From positions 288,001 to 352,000 of the forward strand of contig CBDDEL010000013.1 in the NCBI GenBank assembly GCA_965226885.1: a stretch of 64,000 nt of DNA. The letters are read 5' to 3'. The notes beneath the pieces are model-generated. The model searched no databases. It saw nothing but the letters and a program-made list of their open reading frames with translations, and was not told the origin of the DNA. Shown here piece after piece: positions 53,067 through 63,355 of this stretch. The translations under genes were made by a program, and so were the position numbers. Positions within the stretch are counted from its first letter, which is position 1. The number at the start of each line of letters is the position of its first letter. The DNA is from Opitutales bacterium (GTDB taxonomy: Bacteria > Verrucomicrobiota > Verrucomicrobiia > Opitutales > UBA2987).

Positions 53067-54247
53067 TGACGTGTACTGGATTTGTTGGACACGGGATTCT
53101 CTTATATTCATTGTTTATTGATTAGTGTGTCAGGCGGCTTGTTTTGGTAAAGGGTTTTGTTTTCTCGTTGCCCCCCATGGGGGGCAAATATTTTCCTCGA
53201 ATTGGACTGGGCTTTGGTAACTCAGAGAGGAATGTTTGCGATATCGGTTGTAGAAGATTTCCACGTATTCGAAGACAGTTGATCGCAGTTCGCGCTCGTC
53301 GGCAAAGTGGCGGCCTCGAATCGTGCTGGTCTTGAAGCGGCCGTAGAACGATTCCATGGCCGCGGCTTTGAGGGCCTTGCCAACCAGCCTCGCGTCGTTG
53401 TGGTTGGAAACGCTCCAGCCCAGCAGGCGTCGGCTGAACAGGTCCATCACCGTGGCCAAGTACATCCAACCGGCCAGGGTCCGTAGGTAGGTCGTGTCCG
53501 CCACCCAGACCTCGTCGATATGGGTCGGCTGGCCATGCTTTTTAAGCACATTGGGGCTGTAACCATAGGGATGGTTACTGTTGGTTTTTAATGGCTTAAA
53601 GCGTTTACTCTGGGTGCTTTTGATTCCCATTTCACGCATCAGACGCAGAGCCCGGTCACGGCCGCAATCGATGCCCTCATCATCCTTCAGATGGCGGTGC
53701 ATTGGCCGATGCCCATAGCGGCCCTTGGCCTCTTTGTGTACCTTCAGGATCGCCCCCTTGATTCCCTCGTCCTCGATCCGCCGGGCCGAGGGCGCTCGGT
53801 GCCTCCAGCAGTAATAGCCACTGCGACAAATCCCCATCGCCGAGCATATTTCCTCGATCTTGAAGCGCCCCTCGTTGTCTTTGACAAACTGGTACTTCAT
53901 TGTTCGTCCTTGGCAAAGTAGCCCACCGTTTTTTTTAGTATCTGGTTGATCCGCTCCGAGCGGCGCAGCTCTTTGCGAAGACGATCTATCTCGGCCGCCA
54001 TCTCCTTCGGACTGCTCTGTCGCTTTGAGGTGGCTTCGCCCTGCTGATCGTCCAGATAGAGCCTCTTCCACCTATACAATTGGTTGGTGTTGACCCCAAG
54101 TTTGGTCGATACCTCGGTGGCGCTCAGACCATCGAGTATCATCAGTTGAACTGCCTCATTTTTGAACTCTATACTAAAGCGTCTTCTTCCCATGCTTCGA
54201 TTCTCCATTTAGGAGAATCTCGTGTCCACTTTTTCCAGTGCACATCA
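53067..54247 (-). mobile_element. IS3-family element (second type) with a 147-bp internal deletion
   Basis: Both ends present; orfA 54208-53897; orfB lacks the HSDRGS segment; no TSD. Confidence 0.95.
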
Positions 54248-55449
54248 TTTCCAGTCCAGCAGGTACCCTTCAACGCTTTCTCCCAAAAACAGGGTGTTGC
54301 CGAACTCGACCTCTTGGCCCGCTTTACCTCGCACAATCACCTGCCCATCGAGTTCGTAAACACTCAAGACTTTCTCTGCGTTTTTCACCTGGCGGCCGCC
54401 AATGATCCGCTCGTGCGCCTGTTTGATGACCACCGGGATTTGCTCGCTCATGCGCTCCATCCGGGCGAGGATCTGTTGGACCTGTTTTTCGCTGTAATCG
54501 CTTTGCTCCCAGCAGGCTTGCAATAATTCCCGGTGACTGCGGGCATGCTCCCCGATCCGTTTGAGCAGCTTTTTCATCTGCCTCAAGATACCCTTGCGCT
54601 GCCGCGCGCTGTCCTTTCGCCGCCGGCTGTGGGTCATCTGTATGCACAGCCGATTCATCTGCCGAGCCAAGGGCTCCGGTTCGATCGGCATGCGATGGCG
54701 CACACCGGCCTTCTCGCGGATCAGCCGGATCGCTTTGAGCAACGTGCCGGCTACATCCTTGAGTAATACCCAGTCCGTCGGCCAATGAATGTTAGCCTCC
54801 AAACAGGTGCCGTCGATCAGGCAAATGGTGGTGTCAATCGGCTTGTCCAATCCCACCTGCCGGGCCAGAAGGGCATCGCCCACCACCTCAGTCAAGGTCC
54901 GGTGCAAGGCCCTCAACTGCTCTTCGCTGAAAAACTTCGAGGCCCGCTCCAGGGTGCTTTTGGAGATGCCCCTGATGCCATCGATCTGCCGGACACGGCA
55001 AAAGTCGGCCAACAGATCGCTGCTGCCCAGAGCCCGCGACAAATGCCGAAACGAAATCCCTCCGAGCAGACGGCCCAGCGTATCCATGCGCAGTGCCTTG
55101 ATGGCAAAACTGGCCCGCTGCCGCCGGGCCTTTAGACCCATTGGCGGCCACCCCTCCAAGGCCAGCTCAATGGCCTGCGATTCCACCTCCGAGTCGATCA
55201 GCAGCCGATCGATTCGATCAATGGTGGCGCGGAAGTTATCGTAATCGAGGCACCGGTCGACCACAGTTAAAGCTGGACGCAGGAGGCATTGGATGGCTAT
55301 ATTTTTCATAGAAAGGGCTATATTGATTTTCGCTAACTCAATTATAGAACCCTTTTTTGGCCGGATCGAGCAAAAACTTGCTCTTTCCGGCTCTTTTTAT
55401 CAACGTCATCCAGTTGACTATAAAATCTTTATATTTTTGGGACAGCCTC
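54248..55449 (-). mobile_element. IS5/ISNCY-like element, 3'-truncated by IS3
   Basis: Left TIR at 55449 plus TA; transposase 354 of 493 codons. Confidence 0.9.
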
Positions 55450-55450
55450 T

Positions 55451-55482
55451 ATTTAGGGGTGCATAAATTTAGGGGTGCATAA
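55451..55482. repeat. 16-bp tandem duplication
   Basis: ATTTAGGGGTGCATAA x2. Confidence 0.85.
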
Positions 55483-55531
55483 ATGCTGCCTACAATATGT
55501 CAGACTACGAGAGGAGGAAATTAATATAGCC

Positions 55532-56967
55532 ATGAAAGTATTCGATGCCATCAAGAAGAGACGAGCTATCAAACAATACGATGCCGACCACAAGCTCACC
55601 GAGCAGGAATTACGGGTAGTGTTAACATGACGAATGTTTGATATTGCTGTTGTATTCCCAGATGAACAAGCACAGGACACGAAAATGCATGACCAAAGAT
55701 TTGGAGAATGACAGCGTTTTGGCACATAGCGTGACAGAGACTGTCGCAAGGTATTGTTCCAGCGTTCGATATGGGCGGTTTGACCGGATTGTTTCCCGCT
55801 GGCGCTGTTGTGAGGGAAAACCTTGTCATAGCTCTCCCAGAAATCGCTTACGGTGGCACAGTTGCGATACGGTTGGGCGATGTTGTGATTCAACTGCCAG
55901 CACGTTTGATCGCTACGATCACCCAGGGCAAAGCCGACGACCTGTCAGGTACGTCGGCACAAGGCTACCCATAGCCATACCTACCCCGAACGCTTATCGC
56001 CCCAGAATGACCACACCTCGTCCAGCTCCAGCACATCATTACACTGGCGAGCAAGCAGGGTGGAGTCCAGCATCGGCAAACTCAGGACTTTTTTTTAATC
56101 CATTCAATGACCGTCTTTGGGGCTACCCCGAAGGTACGGTAAATGGCACGCAGGCTCATCCGGTTTTGGTGCGCACGGAGCACTTGCTCGACCAATGCCG
56201 GGGGATGCTCACGACTTTTAGGGTGAAGCCGAAACTGATAACCACACCTCTTGCATCGATACTTCTGAACCCCTTTCGGATCCTTGCCGTGCTTGATGAT
56301 GTGATCGCTTCCGCATTGAGGACATTTTACTGTGATATGGACCATTCCCAGTTCACAACATAATCACGCTAAAAAGTACAGCTTAAACATTCAAAATGTT
56401 AACACTACCGAATTACGCACCCTGCTTTCTGCAGCCGCGTTGGCGCCAACGTCCTTCAATATCCAGAACAGGCACTTCGTTGCGGTTGTGGACCAGGAGC
56501 GCAAGAACCAGCTTCAGGCGGCCGCCTGGGGGCAGGAGCAAGTGCGAGATGCATCGGTCGGCGTGGTATTGACGGGTGACCTGAAGGCTCACGAGAGAAC
56601 TGATCGCTTCCTTCGCAATGTCCCATCTCCCATTCGTGAAGAATTCGAACCGATGATTGGGAAGTTTTACGAAGGGAACGACCAACTTTTACGCGATGAA
56701 GCCTGTCGCTCCGTAGGTTTGGCGGCGATGGCCCTCATGCTCTCAGCACGGGCGCTCGGCTACGACTCGTGTCCTATGATTGGGTTCGAACCCAATCAGG
56801 TGTCCGAGGTGGTTGGCCTGGATGAGGACCATCCACCGCTCATGCTCGTGGTGATTGGCAAGGGGACCAAGCCGGCTTGGTCCCGCTTCGGTCTTCTCAA
56901 TCTTGAAGAACTGGTCTCGGTGGACCGTGTCGGTGCCTATTCCATGACCGGAGAGGTCGATGAATAG
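55532..56967 (+). pseudogene. Nitroreductase interrupted by IS1-B
   Basis: MKVFDAIKKRRAIKQYD...ELR / TLLSAAALAPTSFNIQ...GYDSCPMIGF; RBS GAGGAGG upstream. Confidence 0.92.
55615..56409 (-). mobile_element. IS1-B with amber stop and late frameshift in insB
   Basis: TIRs; 8-bp TSD GAATTACG; insA 56345-56082; TAG at 55983-55981. Confidence 0.95.
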
Positions 56968-57044
56968 GTTCCTCAACAACGGGAGATCGGAAGGGCGTGC
57001 GTGCCGTTGAACGATCATCCGTTATGTTTCACTAGGAGAACACG

Positions 57045-57160
57045 ATGGAATTTTCATGGGTTTATGATCACGGTGAAGTAGATTTGGATGAGCTATCTGA
57101 GTTGTATCGGATTGCTCCACTGGGAGAAAAATCGCCAGAAGACCTGACAATAGTATTTTC
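57045..57160 (+). pseudogene. GNAT-like acetyltransferase N-terminal remnant
   Basis: RBS AGGAG; MEFSWVYDHGEVDLDELSELYRIAPLGEKSPEDLTIVF; cut by IS1. Confidence 0.6.
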
Positions 57161-57962
57161 GGTAGTGTATTAAGTAGGAATGGTGGCTAATTCTTGATTA
57201 TATTGATGAATGAAAAGTCTCAGACAGGTTTCATGCATACTCTTAAGCTTGGAAAAGGAGAGGGTTTTGCGTGTGAAACGACCCAGTCGTTGGCGCAGGG
57301 TATTGTTCCATCGTTCCACATGGGCCGTTTCACCGGTTTCTTTTCCCACGGAGCGGTTATGAGGAAAGACTTCATCATAAGTGCTCCAAAAGTCGCTGTA
57401 GGTGGCACATCTTTTGTAGGCCCGTGGCAGACGCTCGTAAAGTTCCCGGCAACGATACCAATCCCGAGGCCCAATGGCATAGGAGAGGATTTGACGGGTG
57501 CGTCGGCAAAGAGCGATCCAAACCCATTGGGCATCGCTCTTGCGCCCCACAAAAGACCACAGTTCGTCCAGTTCAATGACATCATGGCGGCGGGCCGCAA
57601 GAATCGTGCTTTTGAGCGGTCGCAGCGATTGTCGTTTTTTTTAACCAACTCAAAACGGTGTTGGGACTCACCCCGAAGGCGCGCTGTAAACCGCGTAGAC
57701 TGCTGCGTTCCTGATAGACTCGAAGGATCATTTCTTTTTGCTCTTCGGTGTATTTCACTGTGGGGTTTTCGCGGCTTTGTTTACCACAATCATGGCAGCG
57801 GTAGCGCTGTTTATGGTTGGGCGTCTTGCCAAATTTAATGATATTTTCACTTCCACAGTGCCGACAATTAATAATTTTAGTAACCATGCACTAAGAATAA
57901 ACTGCCTAACGCTATTTGTACAGCTAAAAATACAAAATAACATTCTTTTTTTATACACTACC
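57161..57962 (-). mobile_element. IS1-A, complete, no TSD
   Basis: TIRs; flanks differ and truncate two converging genes. Confidence 0.95.
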
Positions 57963-58497
57963 CGGGTTTGTGCCCGCAAACGAGAACCGGCATGCGAAAA
58001 GCCCTACCGTATTCCGCCATAAACCGCCCGCGCCGGCCGTAGCCGAGAACCCCGAGCGTCTTGCCCGAAAGTTGGTGCCCCCGGTAGGGACCCGATTCCC
58101 AATGACCCGACCTCCCCGAGTCGAAGGCCCAAGGTAACCGGCGAATCACTCCCAGAAGCAATGCCCAGGCCATCTCCGCGGTGGACGTGATCTCATTGAG
58201 CAAATCTTTGTCCTCCCTTAACGAAAACACCGTTATGCCCGCCGCCTTAGCCGCCGAGAGGTCGATGTGGTCCGTTCCGGTTGTCGGGGTCGCAATCAGT
58301 TTCAATCGCTTCGCGCTGGAAATCACTTCAGCGTCGCTGTTTACCCCCAACGGGGTCAGGAACCCGTCGAAATGCTCAATCGTCTCCCGCAACAACTCCT
58401 GGCACGGGGCCGAGTACGTAACTTCGCAGCTCAACTCCAGAAGGTTCAACGCCTCCGGAGCTTTCGTGAGATCAATCATGCTGAGAATCTTTTTCAT
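57963..58497 (-). pseudogene. D-2-hydroxyacid dehydrogenase, 3'-truncated
   Basis: TPTTGTDHID, STAEMAWAL, LSGKTLGVLGYGR.G. Confidence 0.85.
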
Positions 58498-58514
58498 CTT
58501 TTTGCCATTAGTGG

Positions 58515-60000
58515 TTAAATCTTCTCGAACCCAAAGGCATGCAATCGGGCGGATCCATAAAGCCAAAACCGCAGCCGAATGCGCTCCTCCTCTATGTCAG
58601 CGAGTCGGCTCTTACGCCAAGCAACAGGCGCACGAACCGAGTCGTAGTGCATATCCCGGCAATCCTCGCGGCTAAATCCGGACAGCGCTTCGTCACGCGA
58701 TTCATGCAGGATCTCGACTTCAATCCAGCTTCGATTCTGCTGGACCTCGGAAGCATTGATTACCAGCTGAACCTCCCGGTCCGTGATATCAATGGGCGCG
58801 GTAACGGCACATCCCGGGGTCTCCCGGTCGGGAGTCTCCAAACAGGTAAACCGGTCGAGCCGAAGCGTCGCCAAGCCCATCCGTGACATCCGCACCGAGC
58901 CCACATTTTTCAGATACGAGCTATCCGGCATGTTATGGCTGCTCGGCCAGCTGGTCCATTCGTGGCCTTGCCCGCCCTTGCCCGCAGTAGAAAAAATAGA
59001 GGGTGTCATCCTTTACGATCAGCTTGTCCGTAATAACCAGAAACCCATCGTCCCATTCACCGCGACGGCCCCGGCTGATCAGCTTCTGATGCGGCTGGAC
59101 CCTCTGGAAATGTTCACCGTCCTGACTAATCGCCAGGCGGATGTCGGCATGGTAGGTTCCATATTTGCCGTAACCATCGGGGACGTACCATCCATATTCG
59201 TAAGGCATGACATACTGCCCTGCATAGGGTGCCAGCATGAGGAAATGGTTTTCGTCCTCGGTTTCCGGCGAAAGGACCGGATTCCCGGCAGCTTCTCTCG
59301 TAAAGTGTTCGAGATCGGGGCCGAAGGCCAGGTATTTGGTGCGCACGACCGGAGGCCCCGGCTTGTTGGGCGGTTCAAGATTTTGCCAGACAAGCTTGAA
59401 GCGTCTCTCGGGATCCGGGTCAACGTCATCGAGAACCAGTGCAACGAGGTCGCCCCAGGGCCCGTCCCAACCCGGAATGACAACTGGCTCGCCAATGGTC
59501 CAATGAATACCGTCCGGCGAATAACCTGCCAGGTGATCTCGTGAAAACCCGGGGCGTGGAGTCCGCACCGGTGGCCGTTGGGTGGTGAGAATCTTGTAGC
59601 GCTTTTCCTCATCCGGCTCAGACGGGTCTTTGACCACTCTGCCGAGGGACATCAGGCAAATATTGTTATCGGTGTTTCCATTGTACTCGAAGAGGCCGAG
59701 ATTCGGTTTTTCCCAATGGATGCCGTCTTCGCTGAATGCGTAGCCCAAGGCATGAAAACCCGTCTGTGCCACATCGGAGGCCCCGTACCAACACTTAAAC
59801 AGCTGCTCCTCTTCGTCGTAAATTACGTTCCCTTCCCAGGGAACTGCACGCAGTGAATCCCACTCATGGAGGTCGCCGAGCGGCAGCAGCGGATTATAGG
59901 GGTGTTTGACCGCTTCACAGACGCTCTGGACAATGCCGTTAAGATCCTGGATATCTTCGAGGTCGAGAAAGACGGTTTTGGTTCCGCAATCAGTATTCAT
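58515..60000 (-). pseudogene. GH32/GH43-like beta-propeller protein frameshifted by a 10-bp duplication
   Basis: YAFSEDGIHWEKP, YSPDGIHW, AISQDG repeats; LRLDRF...ARLHAF tail in another frame; 1486-10 = 492 codons. Confidence 0.75.
58966..58985. repeat. 10-bp tandem duplication
   Basis: CCTTGCCCGC x2. Confidence 0.85.
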
Positions 60001-60052
60001 AATAAATCGCTGCCCTCAGTGATTAGTGCCGGATTTTCCTTTTGCTAACAAT

Positions 60053-61576
60053 TTAATCGATCCAGAAGGAATACAATTTCGCATTTTTCAATTCAAAACG
60101 GAACCGCAGGGAACGCCCTTTCGCCAAATCCATGAGGCTAGCAGTGTCCCACTCCACCACAGCATCGAGGGTATCCTCGCTAATGGGCTTCGACTCGCCA
60201 CCAGGAAAGGGTTTACCCTCCCCATCACAGACAATCACTCGCACAGTCCCAAATCGGGACTGGGTGTTCACGTGCAGGCGCCCATCGGGAATAACGAGTT
60301 CTGGTGTATCCGCGTAGCCACCGTCAAAGCTTGCCGCGAGGTGGACAAAGCGATCGCGCTTCAACGTTGCCATACCGATCCCCGACCACAGGGGTCCAGT
60401 ATCCGCTCCCTCGAAGAGTTTACCGCAAACTGGATGACGCCATGTCCGCCCACCGTAGTAAATCCGGATTTCGTCATCGACCATTACCGGCGATGAGGCC
60501 AACGACTGGTTAAACCGGTCCCACGTGCCAACGTCACCCAAGGGTATAAAAGCCTCACGATTCCCCACCCTCTGCCAGCTCACCGCGTCACGGCTCACCG
60601 CAAGCTGAATATCGAGCGTGTTGTCTCCCGGGAAAGCATGGTACATTTGGATGAGGCCGATATAGAGGCCCTCGTAAGGAAAAACCGCCATGCTGTAGAT
60701 TTCATCTCCCGGACGGTCATCAATGTCCGCATACATGACGATTTCGCCCGGCGTCCAATGGACGAAATCCTTGCTCGTGTAGAGCCGGACGGCCCTGCCC
60801 CAAAATTCCTTACGATACCATTCTGTGTCGCGGAATTTCGCGTGTACCTCTTCAGGGAGGAAAAAATCCCGGGCGAAAATCAGGTACTGCTTACGGTATG
60901 GATCCCAGGTCAAGTGGCTGAGATCCCCGATGGCGGGTATGAAAAATGAATCGCACTCCCCCCATTGAATGCCGTCCGGCGAATAGGCCACGCCGGCGGC
61001 CCGCTTTTGCGTCGGCAGATACAGCGCATCGGATATCATTTTTCTATAATGGCTGACTAGATCGCTATTTCCGCGGCGCTCCAAATCGGCGAAAACTGCC
61101 CCATGGTTAGAGAAAATCTCCTCTAGGTAAGGTGACGGCTCCCCCCGCTTCTTCGTTTTGAAGAGCATCTTGTAACGCCGCCCGGGATCGTCTTCCTCGC
61201 AATCACGCAAGACGGTGAACATCTCTGCGAAATTATCGATGAATCTGGATCCAAAAACAACCTGAGGATTCCCCCCGCCGGGCGGTGTCAGGGAGCTTTG
61301 CGGGTTGCGCCATGTGATTCCGTCATCGCTTACCACATGGTTGACATCGGAGGTTGAGCGATCGCGGTCAGAGGAGGCGTACCACATGTCGTAACCTGAG
61401 GTTTCATTGGGAATCACGGTTCCGAAAATCGAAGGGTGTTTGTCCGCATCAGTCGCTTTGATGAGCGGGTTATCGGGGTGCTTCCCGGCTGGGTCGATCC
61501 CACGATCGATATTACGGGTTGTCGCCAGGACATAGTCGTCGAGGAATAGTTGGCGTTCTTTTCCAATCTGGATCAT
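60053..61576 (-). CDS. GH32/GH43-like beta-propeller protein (paralog of the downstream gene)
   Basis: RQLFLDD, SDDGITW, YSPDGIQW, SKDFVHW, LAVSRD, LKRDRF, AKLYSF. Confidence 0.7.
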   Translation of the reverse strand: MIQIGKERQLFLDDYVLATTRNIDRGIDPAGKHPDNPLIKATDADKHPSIFGTVIPNETSGYDMWYASSDRDRSTSDVNHVVSDDGITWRNPQSSLTPPGGGNPQVVFGSRFIDNFAEMFTVLRDCEEDDPGRRYKMLFKTKKRGEPSPYLEEIFSNHGAVFADLERRGNSDLVSHYRKMISDALYLPTQKRAAGVAYSPDGIQWGECDSFFIPAIGDLSHLTWDPYRKQYLIFARDFFLPEEVHAKFRDTEWYRKEFWGRAVRLYTSKDFVHWTPGEIVMYADIDDRPGDEIYSMAVFPYEGLYIGLIQMYHAFPGDNTLDIQLAVSRDAVSWQRVGNREAFIPLGDVGTWDRFNQSLASSPVMVDDEIRIYYGGRTWRHPVCGKLFEGADTGPLWSGIGMATLKRDRFVHLAASFDGGYADTPELVIPDGRLHVNTQSRFGTVRVIVCDGEGKPFPGGESKPISEDTLDAVVEWDTASLMDLAKGRSLRFRFELKNAKLYSFWID

Positions 61577-61669
61577 ATTGCAATTAGCTAAGAAATAAGT
61601 GAGAAGCGGGTTTAATCAATAAGTTGGGCTCATCATCAGGAGTTTATCTCCCTAACACAATGAATTATT

Positions 61670-62518
61670 ATGTCTAAGAAGAAGTTAGTTAAGGTTCGAG
61701 TAGGCGCGGTGCAAATGATTCCGACCCCCGGTGACGTGAAGGGGAATGTCGAAAAAGCCCTGAGGTACTGTGACAAGGCGGCCAGCAGAGGGGTAAAGAT
61801 TTTGTGTTTTCCGGAATGTGCGAGCACGGGATGGGAAAGCGGTTGGCTAAATGAAAAAGCTTGTCGGAGCAAGTTCTACGGGGAGCCTGTTCCGGGCCCA
61901 ATGGTGGACCTATTCAGCGCAAAGGCGGCGGAGACGGACATGTATATCATTTTCGGTATGGTGGAAAAACCACTCCGCTCGCAAAAAATCTATAACACAG
62001 CGTTTATTACGGGACCAAATGAGGGGTATATCGGGAAGCAGCGAAAAGTATATCCCGAACCGGTCTTCGAGGGCGCGACCGAGGTCAATGTTTTCCAAAC
62101 GCGCTACGGCAAGATCGGGATTTTTATCTGTCGGGATCAACGCTCTCCCGAATTGTCGAGATTATTGGCCTTAAAAGGCGCAAATCTGTTCTGTCAGCCG
62201 ACCTATTATTCAATACCTGGCGGCAAGGATATAAAGCGCCGGTATGCCGGCAAGTGCGCTTCCCAGCGATCCCGGGCGATGGAAAACGGGCTCCATCTGG
62301 TCGTGGCCAACGGCGGCAGCCCGCACTTTGTGAACAACAGCCGGATAATCGGTCCCGACTGGCAGGGTCCGGAACCGGTCTTGGCGCGCGCCACGCACAA
62401 AGAGCAACTTCTCGTCGCCGAAATCGAGTATGATTTGAATTTCAGTAAAGCAAGGGAGTGGGCCGCGCAAGCGCCCTGGTTATACAGGGAGTTAGGACGG
62501 GAATTCCTCAAGCTATGA
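61670..62518 (+). CDS. Carbon-nitrogen hydrolase (nitrilase superfamily)
   Basis: FPEC, QRK, FICRD catalytic E-K-C triad. Confidence 0.9.
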   Translation: MSKKKLVKVRVGAVQMIPTPGDVKGNVEKALRYCDKAASRGVKILCFPECASTGWESGWLNEKACRSKFYGEPVPGPMVDLFSAKAAETDMYIIFGMVEKPLRSQKIYNTAFITGPNEGYIGKQRKVYPEPVFEGATEVNVFQTRYGKIGIFICRDQRSPELSRLLALKGANLFCQPTYYSIPGGKDIKRRYAGKCASQRSRAMENGLHLVVANGGSPHFVNNSRIIGPDWQGPEPVLARATHKEQLLVAEIEYDLNFSKAREWAAQAPWLYRELGREFLKL

Positions 62519-63322
62519 GGGCTGAAGGGCCTGCAAGTAACGCTGGGCAGAGCGGGACACAGCCATTTTGGCGTTCTCTGCCACAATCCGTTCCCACCAG
62601 GCGCCATAAATGCGATCGAATGGATACGGCTCTACCGCGGCCACAATATGTGCCACACTGTTCGCCGGGAGTGGGATGAGGTTAGGGTAGCTATACATAA
62701 AACTGACATAGCGACGATCAGGGACAACCTGGATAATGTCACCAGTTAACAGCGTCCCCTGCCCTTTTGCCCCTGCGGGCCAGTGTAATATGGTCCCCCC
62801 AGTAAAGTGACCACCACACCGAATAAGCGTTATATCATCCCATAGGGGATGGGTCTCCCCCTCCCAAAATTCTATGGCCGGATCGGGTCGCATCACCCAT
62901 TGTTGGTCGGCGGCGTGCAGGTAAATGGGGGCATCGAAAGCCTGGCTCCATTGGATCATGGAACTGTAGTAATGGGGATGGGAAATGGCAATGGCCTTTA
63001 TGCCGCCCAGCGATTTTATCACCGCAATAGTAGCGTCATCCAACAGAGGGATGCAATCCCAGAGCAAGTTACCCTGCGATGTTTGCAGCAGCAGGGCTCG
63101 TTGTCCAATGGCAAATGCGGGGTGTGTCCCTATTCCGGTTAGATTGGGTTCCGCTTCCCTGATGATGTTGCGATGAACCCTATGCAGCTTGTCCAGCGTT
63201 GTCCACTGTTGCCCCTGATAATTTACATACTGACGTTCGTCTTCACAAATAGGGCAATGGGCTGGGGGGCTGACCGTTTGACTAAATTGCGTGCCGCACG
63301 TTTGGCAAATGTAGTTGGGCAT
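62513..63322 (-). CDS. MBL-fold metallohydrolase with N-terminal Zn ribbon
   Basis: ICQTCGTQF...CPICEDERQY, ISHPHYY, GGHF, SFMYSYPN. Confidence 0.9.
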   Translation of the reverse strand: MPNYICQTCGTQFSQTVSPPAHCPICEDERQYVNYQGQQWTTLDKLHRVHRNIIREAEPNLTGIGTHPAFAIGQRALLLQTSQGNLLWDCIPLLDDATIAVIKSLGGIKAIAISHPHYYSSMIQWSQAFDAPIYLHAADQQWVMRPDPAIEFWEGETHPLWDDITLIRCGGHFTGGTILHWPAGAKGQGTLLTGDIIQVVPDRRYVSFMYSYPNLIPLPANSVAHIVAAVEPYPFDRIYGAWWERIVAENAKMAVSRSAQRYLQALQPS

Positions 63323-63355
63323 ACTATCCTCCATATCTATAGAAACTGCTAGCTA

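Noticed and set aside
56332..56967. 211-aa ORF as an intact nitroreductase
   Set aside because: Its N-terminus is read out of the IS1-B end; the true start is at 55532, before the insertion.
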